From the NCBI RefSeq assembly GCF_006345805.1, contig NC_042998.1, forward strand, positions 162,812,001-162,876,000: a stretch of DNA of 64,000 nucleotides, in the 5' to 3' direction. The stretch is from Octopus sinensis. Lineage: Eukaryota. Both the position numbers and the translations under genes were made by a program. The stretch's first letter is position 1; each line of letters begins with the position of its first letter. The notes beneath the pieces are model-generated. The model was not told the origin of the DNA and did not search any database. It saw only the letters and a list, made by a program, of their open reading frames with translations. Positions 26,316 to 39,279 of this stretch are shown here, piece by piece.

Positions 26316-27126
26316 TATGAGTGCATTAAGGATATGTAAATCTATAAGAATTTAGAAATTGTTAATTGATTCTTTGAGTAAAAACAAAATTACTATTTGC
26401 ATTTTATTTTGCAATCTTTCTGAAGCATTTTTGTTATTAACTTGATGTCACATTAGTTTTCGTGGAATAAAATAATACAGTCTCTTCCAATCCAAACATT
26501 TAAAAGGTGGATGAATTTTTTCCCCCGTAAATTAATTTGTCCTTCATAAAATATTTGTCTTTGGTTTAGTAATCCCCACATACTGGAATCTCCAAGTAAA
26601 GCCATTATCAACATTCATTTTCTTAGATTCCATTTTCGAGCAGTTAATTATCTCTTATTTTGTTTCAGAATTTATTTTGCAATGTTCTTGATGTAAAACA
26701 GTGTGTTGAAACAAATATTGTTCTACACTGGGACGACCATGCTGTCAATTGAAGCGCATTGCTTAATTTACTAATTAACTAATTAATTCATAATGATTTT
26801 TTTTTCATTAGGCACTAGGTCAAACATTTTGAGCGAAGAAGAGTAGTTGTTTGTATCGACACTAGTACTTCACTGGTACTTTATCAGTTGCATTTCCTAC
26901 TTAAGTAATACTTTCAAAAGTTTCGCTTTGTTACATTGTTTGTATATGTGTGAGTATATATGCGCGCGCGCGTATGTGTGTGAGTAGTGTGCCCGGATGA
27001 TAAAGAGATTCGTTTCGCAATCACGTTCCTGTTTTCGCACCCATTTCATTGTCTGTGTACTCACACGTAAAGATATATGTATACATACATGCACACATAC
27101 ATACACATATATATATATATATATAT

Positions 27127-27329
27127 ATTGTTTCAGTTATTTAACTGCGGGCATGCTGGAGCACGGCTTTAAGCCGAACAAATCGCCCCCAGGACTTATT
27201 CTTTGTATTCCTAGTACTTATTCTATCGGTCACTTTTGCCGAACCGCTAAGTTACGGAGACGTAAACACACCAGCATCGGTTGTCAAGCGATGGTGAGAC
27301 GACAAACACACACACATACACACAAATGC

Positions 27330-27364
<35 letters not shown>

Positions 27365-27520
27365 ACGACGGGCTTCTTTCAGTTTCCGTCTGCCAAATTC
27401 ACTCACTTCGAGCATTGGTCGGCTCGAAGCTATAGTAGAAAACACTTGCCCAAGGTTCCATACAGTGGGACTGAACCCGGAACTATGTGGTTGGTAAGCA
27501 AGCTTCTTACCACATAGCCA
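27127..27520 (-). mobile_element. tRNA-derived SINE family 3 with internal microsatellite
   Basis: Head ggagtggctatgtggtaagaagcttgcttaccaacc...gttcagtccc, ccttgggcaagtg core, internal (TA)n/(TG)n, tail gctccagcatg.ccgcagt.aaataactgaaac. Confidence 0.9.
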
Positions 27521-28104
27521 CTCCAGCAACTATTTATATACACACATATAATATAGATACAGTGCTCCAACATGGCCGCAGCCAAATAACTGAAACACGA
27601 AAAAGAATAAAAGAATACACACACACATGCTTTCATTTTTAGCTAACTTCTCCACCGCTTCGTCGAGTTTCTCCACCTTCTATCAGCTCTAAATGGCATC
27701 ACTAAAACTACAACACTTTGGAAATAAAACTGTAACTAATAAATTCAATTTTGCTAACGGTGGAGGATGCAATCTACAGAGTACCATATAAAAAGCTTTG
27801 AGGCATTTTGTTATATATCTTAAAGACTCGAGTTCAACAATGTTTCAATCACTTTTACCGTTTATAACATCCAGTGACAGTAGCATATATGCTCGTTATT
27901 GTCTATCTGCAACTCAACTCTCATCGAGCTGATTATAAATAACCGGATTTCCAACCGTGATGATTTTTTTCTCTTTATGTTTATATAGGACTATATTATT
28001 TAATGTGGTCCTATTTTTATCTATGACAAGGTGATTTAAGAAAACTTTGCCAGTTTTACCTGTTATACGTAGTTACAGGAAACACTGGTGTTACACGAAG
28101 GACA

Positions 28105-28470
28105 GGAGGCGCAATGGCCCAGTGGTTAGGGCAGCGGACTCGCGGTCATAGGATCGCAGTTTCGATTCCCAGACCGGGCGTTGTGAGTGTTTATTGAGCG
28201 AAAACACCTAAAACCTCCACGAGGCTCCGGCAGGGTATGGTGGTGATCCCTGCTGTACTCTTTCACCACAACTTTCTCTCACTCTTACTTCCTGTTTCTG
28301 CTGTACCTGTATTTCAAGGGGCCGGTCTTGTCACTCTCTGTGTCACGCTGAATATCCCCGAGAACTACGTTAAGGGTTCACGTGTCTGTGGAGTGCTCAG
28401 CCACTTACACGTTAATTTCACGAGCAGGCTGTTCCGTTGATTCGGATCAACCGGAACCGACGGAGTGCTT
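28105..28470 (+). mobile_element. Family-2 SINE with target-site duplication
   Basis: tRNA head ggaggcgcaatggcccagtggttagg; TSD acacgaaggaca at 28093-28104 and 28473-28484. Confidence 0.9.
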
Positions 28471-28560
28471 CCACACGAAGGACAGATTAATTCATGGAGA
28501 AAAATTTCTCCACTTTCTAAATATTTGAAATTGAATAGATTTTGTATTATCTTTTACTAC

Positions 28561-28905
28561 CAAGGTTGACAGAAACGTTAGCACGCCGCCTTTCATCCTT
28601 TAAGTACCAGTTACGCACTGGGGTCGATGTAATCGACCTAATCCCTTTGTCTGTCCTTGTTTGTCCCCTCTGTGTTAAGTCCCTTGTGGGCAATAAAGAA
28701 ATAAGAAACGTTAGCACGCCGGGCAAAATGCTTAGCGATATTTCGTCTGTCCTTACGGTCTGAGTTCAAATTCCGCTGAGGTCAACTTTGCTTTTCATCC
28801 TTTCGGGATTGATAAATGAAGTACCAGTTGCATACTGGAGCCGATCTAATCGACTGGCCCCCTCCCCCAAAATTTCAGACCTTCTGCCTAGAGTAGAAAA
28901 GTTTA
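28561..28905 (+). mobile_element. Dimeric family-1 SINE with TSD
   Basis: Junction aaagaaataagaaacgttagcacgcc; tail agagtagaaaag; TSD ttttactac (28552-28560, 28908-28916). Confidence 0.85.
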
Positions 28906-29049
28906 CTTTTTACTACGAAATCTAATGTGAGTGACATCGAACGAATTAACTAAGCTTTTCTCACACGATAAAATGTTTGATCATTTGTTTCTGCCAATGC
29001 TCTGGCCTTTGGTCTCTTACTTGTTTCATTCATTAGATTGTGACCATGC

Positions 29050-29215
29050 TGGGACACCAACTTGAAGGATTTTAGTTGAGTGAATCGACCCAAGTACTTA
29101 TTTTTTAAAGCATGGTACTTATGCAATCGGCCTGCTTTTGTCAAAGCGCCAAGTTACGAGTATGTAAACACACCAGCACCGGTTGTTAAGCAGATGTCAG
29201 GGATAAACACACACC

Positions 29216-29250
<35 letters not shown>

Positions 29251-29400
29251 GGCTTCTTTCAGTTTCTGTCTACAAAATTCACTCACAAGGCTTTGGCCAG
29301 TTCGAGGGGCTATAGCAGAAGACACTTGCCTAAGGTACCAAACAAGAGGACTAAACCTGGAAGTATGTGATTGAGAAGGAAACATTTTACCATGCAACCA
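29050..29400 (-). mobile_element. Family-3 SINE with internal (CA)n
   Basis: Homologous to 27127-27520. Confidence 0.8.
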
Positions 29401-29847
29401 CCCCTGTGTCTATTGCAAAAAAGAAACGGATTCATTACAGGTCATGGCTAGAACGTCTTTGGATTAAGTGGGGCTAAACAACAGCTACAATAATACTAAC
29501 AATAACAGCTACCAATACGCTAACAACAGAATAGATATGTATTTCAGCTAACGAAAGATCTTCTACTTGTATGCTTGGCACGCTAGAAGTAACAGTTAAA
29601 TTCATTTCAACCATATTCTACAATGTTTAAAACAAAATAGAAGGATGAGTTGGTTGATGTGGTCCTAGATACAGCATCATAAAGCGTAGACGGGATAGTC
29701 ATCGCTGGAATGCCTTTCAACACAGGGCTTGCTTAATCGGAGTTGACCTGGGTAAAACAAAAATACAATATACTGTATATTTAAGCGACATGTTAAATGA
29801 AAAACTAACCAAGCAGACTTTCCACACGCATAGATAGACATACACAT

Positions 29848-29892
<45 letters not shown>

Positions 29893-30206
29893 ACACACAC
29901 ACACATATACATATACACTTGATTTATGATTCTAGTCCTATTGAGTGACATAGGATGTCCTCAGCTATCGGAGAAGATATTTTTCATGTTCGGCATAAAA
30001 CGTGCACAGGCACTTATATACATATATATATATTTATATATATATGTGTGTGTGTGTGTATACACACGCACATACACACACATACACTCTCCCCCTCACA
30101 CACACACACACACACACAAACATATTTACACACACACACATACAAACATACATACAAAGACACACCCACATACACACATTCTCTTTCTCTCCTCTCTCTC
30201 TCTCCC

Positions 30207-30237
<31 letters not shown>

Positions 30238-30769
30238 CGCCCTCTCTCTAAAAACACATGTGCATACTTACTCACACCCATATCTTCAAGAGGGGTGTTG
30301 CTGGAATCTGAGGCTGGCATGCTACATTGGAATACAGATTCAATTACTTACTGATCACCTCAAATTCAATATGGCTAACTATCCTTAAACACAATAAAAA
30401 GCTTATCACATGATCTCTCGGGATCCCGCCATGTATCTAAAGTGGGTTTGGCAAGGATTGCTACAATGGAGCGGTACTATCAGATGTAGGGCAGGCCTGC
30501 GGAGGGTACGGGTGGAGAAGAGGTTTGAAACCTCCGGGGGTGACATTGGAAACAAATAAAACGGGGGAGGAACGAATCGGTGAGCTTGGGGTTAGGTATT
30601 GTTCTAAGACGAGGAGTAGTGGTAGGATGGATGGAATGGTACAAAATACATAGAACTTTTGTTGTTCGTTGGTGGTGCTGTAGTTTTGTTGCTGGTGGCG
30701 GGGGTAGTTCTGGGAAGTGGGATTAATGGTATCGGTGGTGTAGTGGTAACGAAGATGTATTAGGAGCAG

Positions 30770-31146
30770 CAGTAGTGGTTGTCGCAGGGGAAGTGGTAGT
30801 AGTAGTAGTAGAAATAATAGTAGTATCAGTAGTAGTTATGGTGGTGGTGGTGGTGGTTGTAGTAGCTGTGGTGGTGGTAGTAGTAGTGGTGGTGGTAATG
30901 GTAGTAATGATGAGGGTAATAGCTGTGGTCGTTATAGCAGTGATGGTGGTGAAGGTAATTGTAATAATAGTGGTGATGGTGGTAGTAGTAGTTGTGATTG
31001 TCGTGGTGGTAGGGATGTAGTCGCTGTGGTAGTAGCTACAGAAGTGCGGTGCTGGTAGTGCTCATGACGCTAGTTTTGGTAAAGTGGTGGTGTACGTCGT
31101 AGCAGCAGCAGCAGTAGTAGTGGTGGAGGTTGTAGTAGTAGTAGTA

Positions 31147-31182
<36 letters not shown>

Positions 31183-32588
31183 ATGGCAGTGCGAGTTTTG
31201 GTGGTGTTGATGTGTAATATCGTTGTTGCTTAACTCCAAGTCAGATCTAACCGAGCAGATCTATGATTAAAGACGCTCCATCAATGGCCGTCCTATCTCA
31301 TTTTTTTTTTATTACAGTAATCCTTTGCCATATTGTGGTTCACCTATCGCGGTTTATTATTTAAGTTTACGTCGATTCCTCCGTCGTGTTGTTTTGCTTT
31401 TATAATAAAATATATACAAATTCTAAAAATAATTTTAAAAAAAATATTCAGTACTGTTTCGACTTCGCGGTTTTTCACTTATCGCGGGGGTTTGGAAAAT
31501 AACACCTCCGATAGTCTAGGGATAATTGTATATATATATAAAAAGCAAAGACTACATTGCCTAACAAGTTCTTCCGTTTTTTAGGTCGGTGTTTGTAATT
31601 TATAAGTATTTTGGCTACTCTTTCTAGTAAGTCAAACGGCTCGTAGCAAACTCCCACGATGGGTTTTGTCTATGGTGGCGGCATTGTTGATGTTATTGTT
31701 GCTTGCGACAGTGTTTGAGTTGTCCGTAGAGTTGTTGTGATGGCTTTGAAAATGGTGTTGAAGGTGATCGTCGTAGTCGCGTTCTAGGTGGTAGCGCTGA
31801 TGCTGATAATGGTGTTGTTGATGCTTTTGCAGGCGGCGGCGGTGGTGGTGGCGGTAGCTATGACGATGGTTTTTGGTGCTGGTGGTGGCTGTCTTAATCA
31901 TGTTCTCGGTGGTGGTGGTGGTGGTGGTGGCGGCGGTGGCGTCGGTGTCGGCAGCGCTGCTGTAATTGTTGATGATGTTAGTGATAAAGGCGCGTGGCTC
32001 AGTGGTTAGGGTAATCAGCTCACGATTGTAAGGTCATGAGTTCGATTCCCAGCGGCGTGTTGTGTTGGACACGTTGCTCCATTCCACTCAGCTAGCAAAA
32101 ATGAGTTGTACCTGTATTTCAGAGGGCCGACCTTGTTACATTCTGTGTCACGCTGAATCTCTCTGAGAATTACATTCTGTGGGTGAGCGTGTCAGTGGAG
32201 TGCTCAGCCATTTGCACGCTAATTTTACGAGCAGGCTGTTCCATCGATCGGATCAACTGGAACCCTGGTCGTCGTAACCGACGGAGTACCAGTATTTGTT
32301 GTTAGTGGCAGTATCATTACTTTTGTTGTAGTTGATGTTGTTGGTGATGATCGTCGTTGTAATCGTGTTCTTGGCTGTGATGATGCTGGTGATGATGGTG
32401 TTGATCTTTTCATTCTTTTGCTTGTTTCTGTCATTTGACTGCAGTCATGCTGGAGCACCACCCCAGGACTAATTTGTTAAGCCTAGTACTTATTCTATCA
32501 GTCTCTTTCACTGAACCGTAAACACACCAATACCGGTTGTCAAGCGGTGAGGAGGGGGACAAATACAGACACGAAGATACACACACAG

Positions 32589-32632
<44 letters not shown>

Positions 32633-33260
32633 GACGGGCCTCTTTCAGTTTCCATCTACCAAATCCACTCATTAGGCTTTGGTCAGCCCGAGGCTATAGT
32701 AGAAGACACTTGCCCAGGTGCCACACAGTGGAACTGTACCCAGAACCATGTGGTTGTGAAGCAAGCTTCTTACCACACAGCCATATTTGCTGTTTGTGAT
32801 GGTAGCAATGGTTGATGGGATGATAGTGTTATTTTGCTGTCAGCTGTGGCAATGTGGAGGCTGAGATGATGGTGTTGTTATAGATATCATTGGAGGGGAT
32901 GCTGATGTTTTCGATAATGTCATTGACACTAGTTGGCAGTGGTGGTGACGGTGGTTAGGATGATGTTGTGGTTGTGTCGGTGGTGGTGATGGTAGTAATA
33001 GATAGTTGTAGTGGTGGTAGTAGTGGTTGTAGAGGTGATAGTGTTAGTGGTTGTGATGGTAGTGGAGTTGGTGGTAGTTGTGGTGATGGTGGTGATGGAT
33101 TTGATGTTGGTGGTGCTGGTGGTAGTGGTGGTTGTGGTGGTAGTGGTGATGTTAGTGTTAGTGGTGTTGGTGGTAGTGATGGCGATATGGTGGTGGTGGT
33201 GGTGGTGGTGGTGGTGGCGGCGGCGGTGGTGGTGATGATGGTGGTGGTAGTTGTAGGCTG
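30770..33260. repeat. (GTG/GTA/GGT)n low-complexity tracts (30770-31190, 31650-31980, 32930-33260) with a family-2 SINE (31988-32290, +) and a family-3 SINE (32400-32790, -)
   Basis: Direct reading; SINE heads and cores as above. Confidence 0.8.
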
Positions 33261-33553
33261 GTAGTTTTAATGGTGGTGTGTTGTGTTTGTTGTCTGTGAT
33301 GGTAAATTGTTTGGAGGTAGTTGTGGTAGGGAAGACGGTACCCAAGAAACCGATAAGGGATCTTCAGTGGGTGAAGAGATTAGGGTACCATTAAGAATAA
33401 ACCATAATAATCTAGACAATTAAGATTACGATATGCAGTTTGTGACTGGGGGCGGTGGTGTAATAAGAGCGGGGAAGGTGAAGGTATTAAATTATAAATC
33501 TTCCTCTGCGTCATAACGACATTCCTTTCCCCATCTCTCTATCTTATTCGATT

Positions 33554-33613
<60 letters not shown>

Positions 33614-34417
33614 TCTATTTCTTACTCTTTCCCTCAGTGCTGCAACGGAACATTGGCATCATCATCATCATTATCATTAGCAGCAGAAGGAACATTAGCA
33701 GCACCGCCTCCAAAACCAGTCTCATCATCATATTATCATCAGTGTTGTTCATTATCACCATCGACATAAATATCATCATCAACATTGTCGTCCTTGTCGA
33801 TGTCATCCTCTCTAACGATATCATTACAAACCCAGATGGCGTTGGTTTCGCCGTCATCATCATTGTTGCAATCGTCGTCACTACCATCATCGTCATCCTC
33901 CTCCTCATCATCATCATCATCCTCGCATTATCATCGTCATTACCGTCATCATCATGACATCGTCCTCATCTTCATCCTCAGCACTGTCAACTCCAGTGTC
34001 GTCGTTGTCCTCATTGTCGTCACCCTCATTATCATCTTTAAGGCGGCAAACTGGCAAAAGCGTTAGCACGCCGGTCGAAGTGCTTAACGGCATTTCGTCC
34101 ATCTTTACGCTTTAATTCCAGATTCTGTCATAGTTGGCTTTGCCTTTCATATTTCTGGGGCTCGATGTAAACGACTTACTCCTGCCCCAAACTGCTGGCC
34201 TTGTGCCAATATTTAAAAGCATTATTATTATTATTATTATTATTGGTGATTTCACTCAGATTCGTTTTTATCTCTGGTAAAATTTATGTGGGTGTGTGAA
34301 GGTGCATGGCTCAGTGGTTAGAGCGTCGGGCTGGCTTACAGTCAGGAGTTCGATTCCCGGACCGAGCTGTATTCCTGAGCATGACAATTTATTTAACGTT
34401 GCTCCAGTTCACTCAGC

Positions 34418-34499
<82 letters not shown>

Positions 34500-34502
<3 letters not shown>

Positions 34503-35032
34503 TAGTTTTTTTTTTATAGCGTGCTTTCACTTCACTACCGAGCGCAGCTCTGTGTGCCTTAGGTATGTGCTGTGATTTGTTGTGATGCTCTGATGGTTAT
34601 TGTATGGAAGGTGTTCTGCGTAGGATGTGTACAGTGCCTAGTAGTGCAATTTTCTGTATGTTATATGTGTTTGTAAGTCCTGGTGTTTTTGTTATGTATT
34701 TGTCTGAATATTTTTTTATCATGCCTAATGCACCTACTATGATAGGAATTGTTTCTGTTTTTAGATTCCACATTCTGGTTACCTCTATTTCCAGGTCTTT
34801 GTATTTTGAGAGTTTCTCCATTTCTTTTAGAGAGACGTTGTCATCTGCCGGTATTGATACATCAATTAGAAAGCATTTTTTCTTCATAATCTCTGACAAC
34901 TATATCTGGTCTGTTGGCCTTAATTTCTCTATCTGTGTGTATCGGCATATCCCAGAGTATGGTTGCTTTCTCGTTTTCTGTGACCTTTTCTGGTGTGTGC
35001 CTATACCATCTTTTTTCTGTTGTTATTCCATA
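34500..35032 (-). mobile_element. R4/Dong-type non-LTR retrotransposon, 5'-truncated (RLE domain plus 3' UTR)
   Basis: WYRHTPEKVTENEKATILWDMPIHTDREIKANRPDIVVRD, frameshift, KKCFLIDVSIP...EKLSKYKDLEIEVTRMWNLKTETIPIIVGALG...QKIALLGTVHILRR (PD..D..K nuclease motif); (AAT)n abuts both ends. Confidence 0.92.
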
Positions 35033-35079
<47 letters not shown>

Positions 35080-35161
35080 CATTATTATTATTGTTGTTGT
35101 TGTTGTTATTAGTATTATTACTATTATTACTATTATTATTATTGTTATTATTATTATTATT

Positions 35162-35241
<80 letters not shown>

Positions 35242-35261
35242 TACGGCGGTGAGCTGGCAGA

Positions 35262-36750
35262 ACAGTTAGCACTCCGGAGGAAATGCTTAGCGGCATTTCG
35301 TTCATTTTTACTCTCTGCGTTCAAATTCCTCCGAGGTCGACTTTTTGCCTTTCATCCTTCCAGGCTCGATAAAATAAGTACGAGTTGAACTCTGGTGTCG
35401 ATGTAATCGACTTACCCCACTTTCCTCAAATTTCAGGCCTTGTACCTGTAGTAAAAAGGATTATTAGTTGTATCTTCTATGACCATTACTGTCTAATGTA
35501 TTTCAATAACTAACGTAGGAGCAAAACCTCAAAATGCGGTGCAAGGAATAGTAAATTATATCGACTTCGTATTTGGCTAGTACTTAATTTTTATCTCCTC
35601 GGAATGATAAATGGTGAAGTCACCCTCGGTGGGATATGAATTCAGGATGTAAAAGACAATAAGTAAATCAAGCAAGGCATTTAGTCCGATGATCTAATGA
35701 TTCTGCTGAAGAGATATCTCTGGTTCCGTGATAGTATGTACAACCAAACCATCTAATTTCAATATATTTATGGTGATCGATAAAAATATGTTATCCAAAT
35801 ACATTTATCGATCCCTTGGGATTTGAACATAATATGGGATACCATATTATAACGCTACTCTAATGCATTTTCAAAACCGTTTATCTCTGAAATATTGATT
35901 TCTAATATTAGCACAAGGCCACATATACTGGTCGAGTGTAAAGTCAATATAATCACCCTCAGTTCTTCACTGGTATAACGCTTTATCGATCCCGAATGAC
36001 AAAAGCAAAGTTGACCTCGGAGGGGTACTTGTCTCAAAAATTGTTACTCAGAGTTAAAGCAAGAATGAAACGTAATAAAAACTAAGACCTGGCATTTGGT
36101 ACAAAGAAAACTGGGTCAAAAGAGTTTTAAAAACTTTCAGCATAGACCTAAAAATGGCTGTGTGGTTAAGGAGTTCCTTTTGCAACCACATGATTTCGGG
36201 GTCAGTCCCACGCTGCGGCACCCTAAACAAGTGCCTTCTACAATAGCCCCAGCCCTACCAATACCTTGTAAGTGAATTTCGCAGAAGGAAACAGTACAGT
36301 AACCGTCATGTATATTACTCTTAAGTAGTTAACCTCTTTTTAAGCCCACAAAAAGGTGGCCAGCAGGAAGAATTGTCAGCACGCCGGAAAAAAAAAAACG
36401 TTTAGTAACATTTCATCTATCTTTCTGTGCTGAATTCAATTCCGCTGAGGTCGACTTTGCTTTTCATCCGTTTCGAGGTCGTTAAAATTAATACCAGTTG
36501 ACCACTTGGTTCGATGGAATCGACTTATTCCCCTCTCCCGAAATTGCAGGTCGTGTCCTAAAATTTGAAACCATTATTATTGTTGTCATTATTATTAAGG
36601 CAACGACCTGGCAGAATCGCTAGCGGTATTTTGTCTGTTTACGTTCTGAGTTCAAATTCCGCCAATGTCAACTTTGCCTTTCATCCATTCGGGGTCGATA
36701 AAACAAGTACCAGTTGAGTACTGGAGTCGATGTAATCGACTAGTCATCTA
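35262..36750 (+). mobile_element. SINE cluster: family 1 at 35262-35465 and 36355-36750, family-3 head at ~36150-36300
   Basis: Family heads and cores. Confidence 0.75.
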
Positions 36751-36769
36751 TTACCGCTTGATCGTCGTC

Positions 36770-37810
36770 CCTTGCCCCGATTGCTGGTTTACCAAACTGG
36801 TGCGCTTACTCTTCCACTTTCTGTAGAAGGAGCAAGTTCCACTGGTCAGGCGCTCTATCTGCTGTGGTTGCTGATGTGCAGACATGCGCTCAGGCTACGG
36901 CATCTCAAGCGTTTCCTGGACGGTGAGCAGGTGTTGTCACCGTTTGTCAAACTCGCCTTTCCACAGCTCGTCTCTTTGACTGAGCGGCAATCTTGGATCA
37001 AACGTAGACCGAGAAAGGGCGCTTGGCACCTCAAGTGCTGTCAAGCTCTCACAGCTCTCCGCCAAGTAGGCAATGCCATCGGTGGTATTTCCACTCTAGC
37101 GTTCAAGAGAGGGCTAGTGGAGGGAACGTGTGACATTTTGAGAAAGACTCTGAGCGTCGATGAGTTTCAACTAACTAGTTTCTTTCGGAGAACTTTCGGG
37201 CTTGGGCCTATGGATAACTTCCAAAAATCACTTGACTGGTAGTGCTACCGAGGGGCGCTGCCTATTCGGGAGAAACTCTACAGGCACGAAGTGCTGTCAG
37301 CCGGGCCTGCCTCAGGTGTGCGCAGAGCGATGAAACCGTTCTGCACGCCCTTGTCCAATGCCCGAGTATTGCTGACCTGTGGGTTTATGTCGAATACCTG
37401 TTGTCGCGTGTAGTACGGATCCGGCTATCAGCTAAATTCTAAGTGAGGATTGTCCCGCAGCCCTCTTTTGGCCTGGAGGGGCAAGCAGTTTTTATTTATC
37501 TGGTGGTTGTAGCGAAAGTGGTAGTATGATGGACTTGTTTGAAAGACACTTTCCTCTTTGGTCAAAGCCCCATCAACTTTTTCAAGTTCAACTTGAAAAG
37601 GAAAGTGAGGGTAGGGAGGGAAGTGTTGTCCTCCAGCAAATTTGTTGAAAGGTGGGTGGATGTCGGAAAAATGCCTAGTATGGTTGGACCAGTTCTGAGA
37701 ATACACCAGTATAAAAAAGTATAAAGGGGCTCTTACCCTCTTGTTCAGGTACTCGTGGCTTTTTATGGATTTTTCCACGAGTAACCTTTAAAGCGCCTCT
37801 CTCTATTGGG
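36770..37810 (+). mobile_element. L1/Tx1-clade LINE 3' fragment (ORF2 C-terminus with zf-RVT), decayed
   Basis: RGALPIREKLYRH...CLRCAQSDETVLHALVQCPSIADLWVYVEYLL (CxxC...HxxxxC); multiple frameshifts. Confidence 0.85.
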
Positions 37811-37924
37811 AGAATGTTTTTTACTTGTTATGCTTACACAAAAGTTTTATTTTTTGCAAAACCCTTTGTATATCATCTTGCGTTGTTTTGATTTCTATTA
37901 GCCCTTGTGGCCAATAAAAGATTG

Positions 37925-37950
37925 GATTATTATTATTGTTATTATTGTTG

Positions 37951-38006
<56 letters not shown>

Positions 38007-38225
38007 GAGGCGGCGAGCTGGCAGAGTCGTTAGAACGTCGAGTAAAATGCTTGGTGACATTTCGTCCGTCTTTATGTTGTGATTTCAATTACCACCGAAG
38101 TCAACTTTACCTTTCATAGCTTTCAAGGTTGATAAAATAAGTACCAGTTGAACACTGAGGTCAATGTAATCGACTTACCCGCTCTTCCGAAATTGTCTGG
38201 CCTTGTGCCAAAATTTGAAACCGAT
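37925..38225 (+). mobile_element. (TTA)n followed by a family-1 SINE
   Basis: gaggcggcgagctggcagagtcgttag head directly after the tract. Confidence 0.85.
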
Positions 38226-39234
38226 ATTTTAGGCCGACAATTCCTACAACAAGTTTGAAACAAGATCGAATCTATTTTGGTCAGCGTTGACCACATGACA
38301 TATACAGTAAGATAACTTAAATCTACCGAGCGGGAACCGTATCCGACATATTCCTCATTCACCGGTAAGGAATCGCTTCTGTCCCGATTTATTAAGCTAA
38401 CGATAGATAGATTAAAATAAGTATGATCGTGTATTTTATAATTGAAAAAAATATCTCTTTCGTTGCTAGTTCCTTCATCATCCTCATCATCGGTTACTTC
38501 ATCAAATTGATTATTATTGTTGACCTCCACCTTTAGCAACATTATCGTTTCGTCATCGACATCGTTATCGTTTTTATCCTTCATCCCTTGTTACTATTCC
38601 ACCACCATCTCCCCACTTCCTCCTCCTCCTCCTCCTCCTCATCATCATCATCATCATCTCTTCCTCTCCTCCTCTTCTTCCTCCTCATCTTCTCTTCTAC
38701 TTCCTCCTCCTCCTCATCATCATCGTCGTCGTCGTCACCATATTTCATTTACATCATCTTCATCATCATCATCGTCATCCACGTCATCGTTACCACCGTC
38801 ATCATCACCATATTTCATTTACAATAATAGTCTTCAGCAACATAATCATCCTTCATCGACGTTATCATCATCATCATCATCATCGTCGTCGTCGTCGTCA
38901 TCATCACCGTCAACGTCATCGTTACCATCACCACCATCATCATACCTCCTTTTCAGCTTTAACATCAATATTGTTATCATACGCAGCAACATTAGCATCA
39001 TCTTTCTTCGTTATCCCATTATCCTCATCTTCGTTATCATCACTAATAATTCTAATGGCTACAGGCTCGTAAACCTATCCCTAGTCTTTAGACTACTTCA
39101 AGAGTGCTTCGTTCCACGGTTGTTTCTTCTATCTTGTGACGTAGCAAGAGATAATCCTGTATATATATATATATAATATATATATATATATGCATACATA
39201 CATATATATATATATATATAATATATATATATAT

Positions 39235-39279
<45 letters not shown>

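Noticed and set aside
38517-39176. 219-aa ORF
   Set aside because: Derived from (CCT)/(CAT)/(CGT) repeats.
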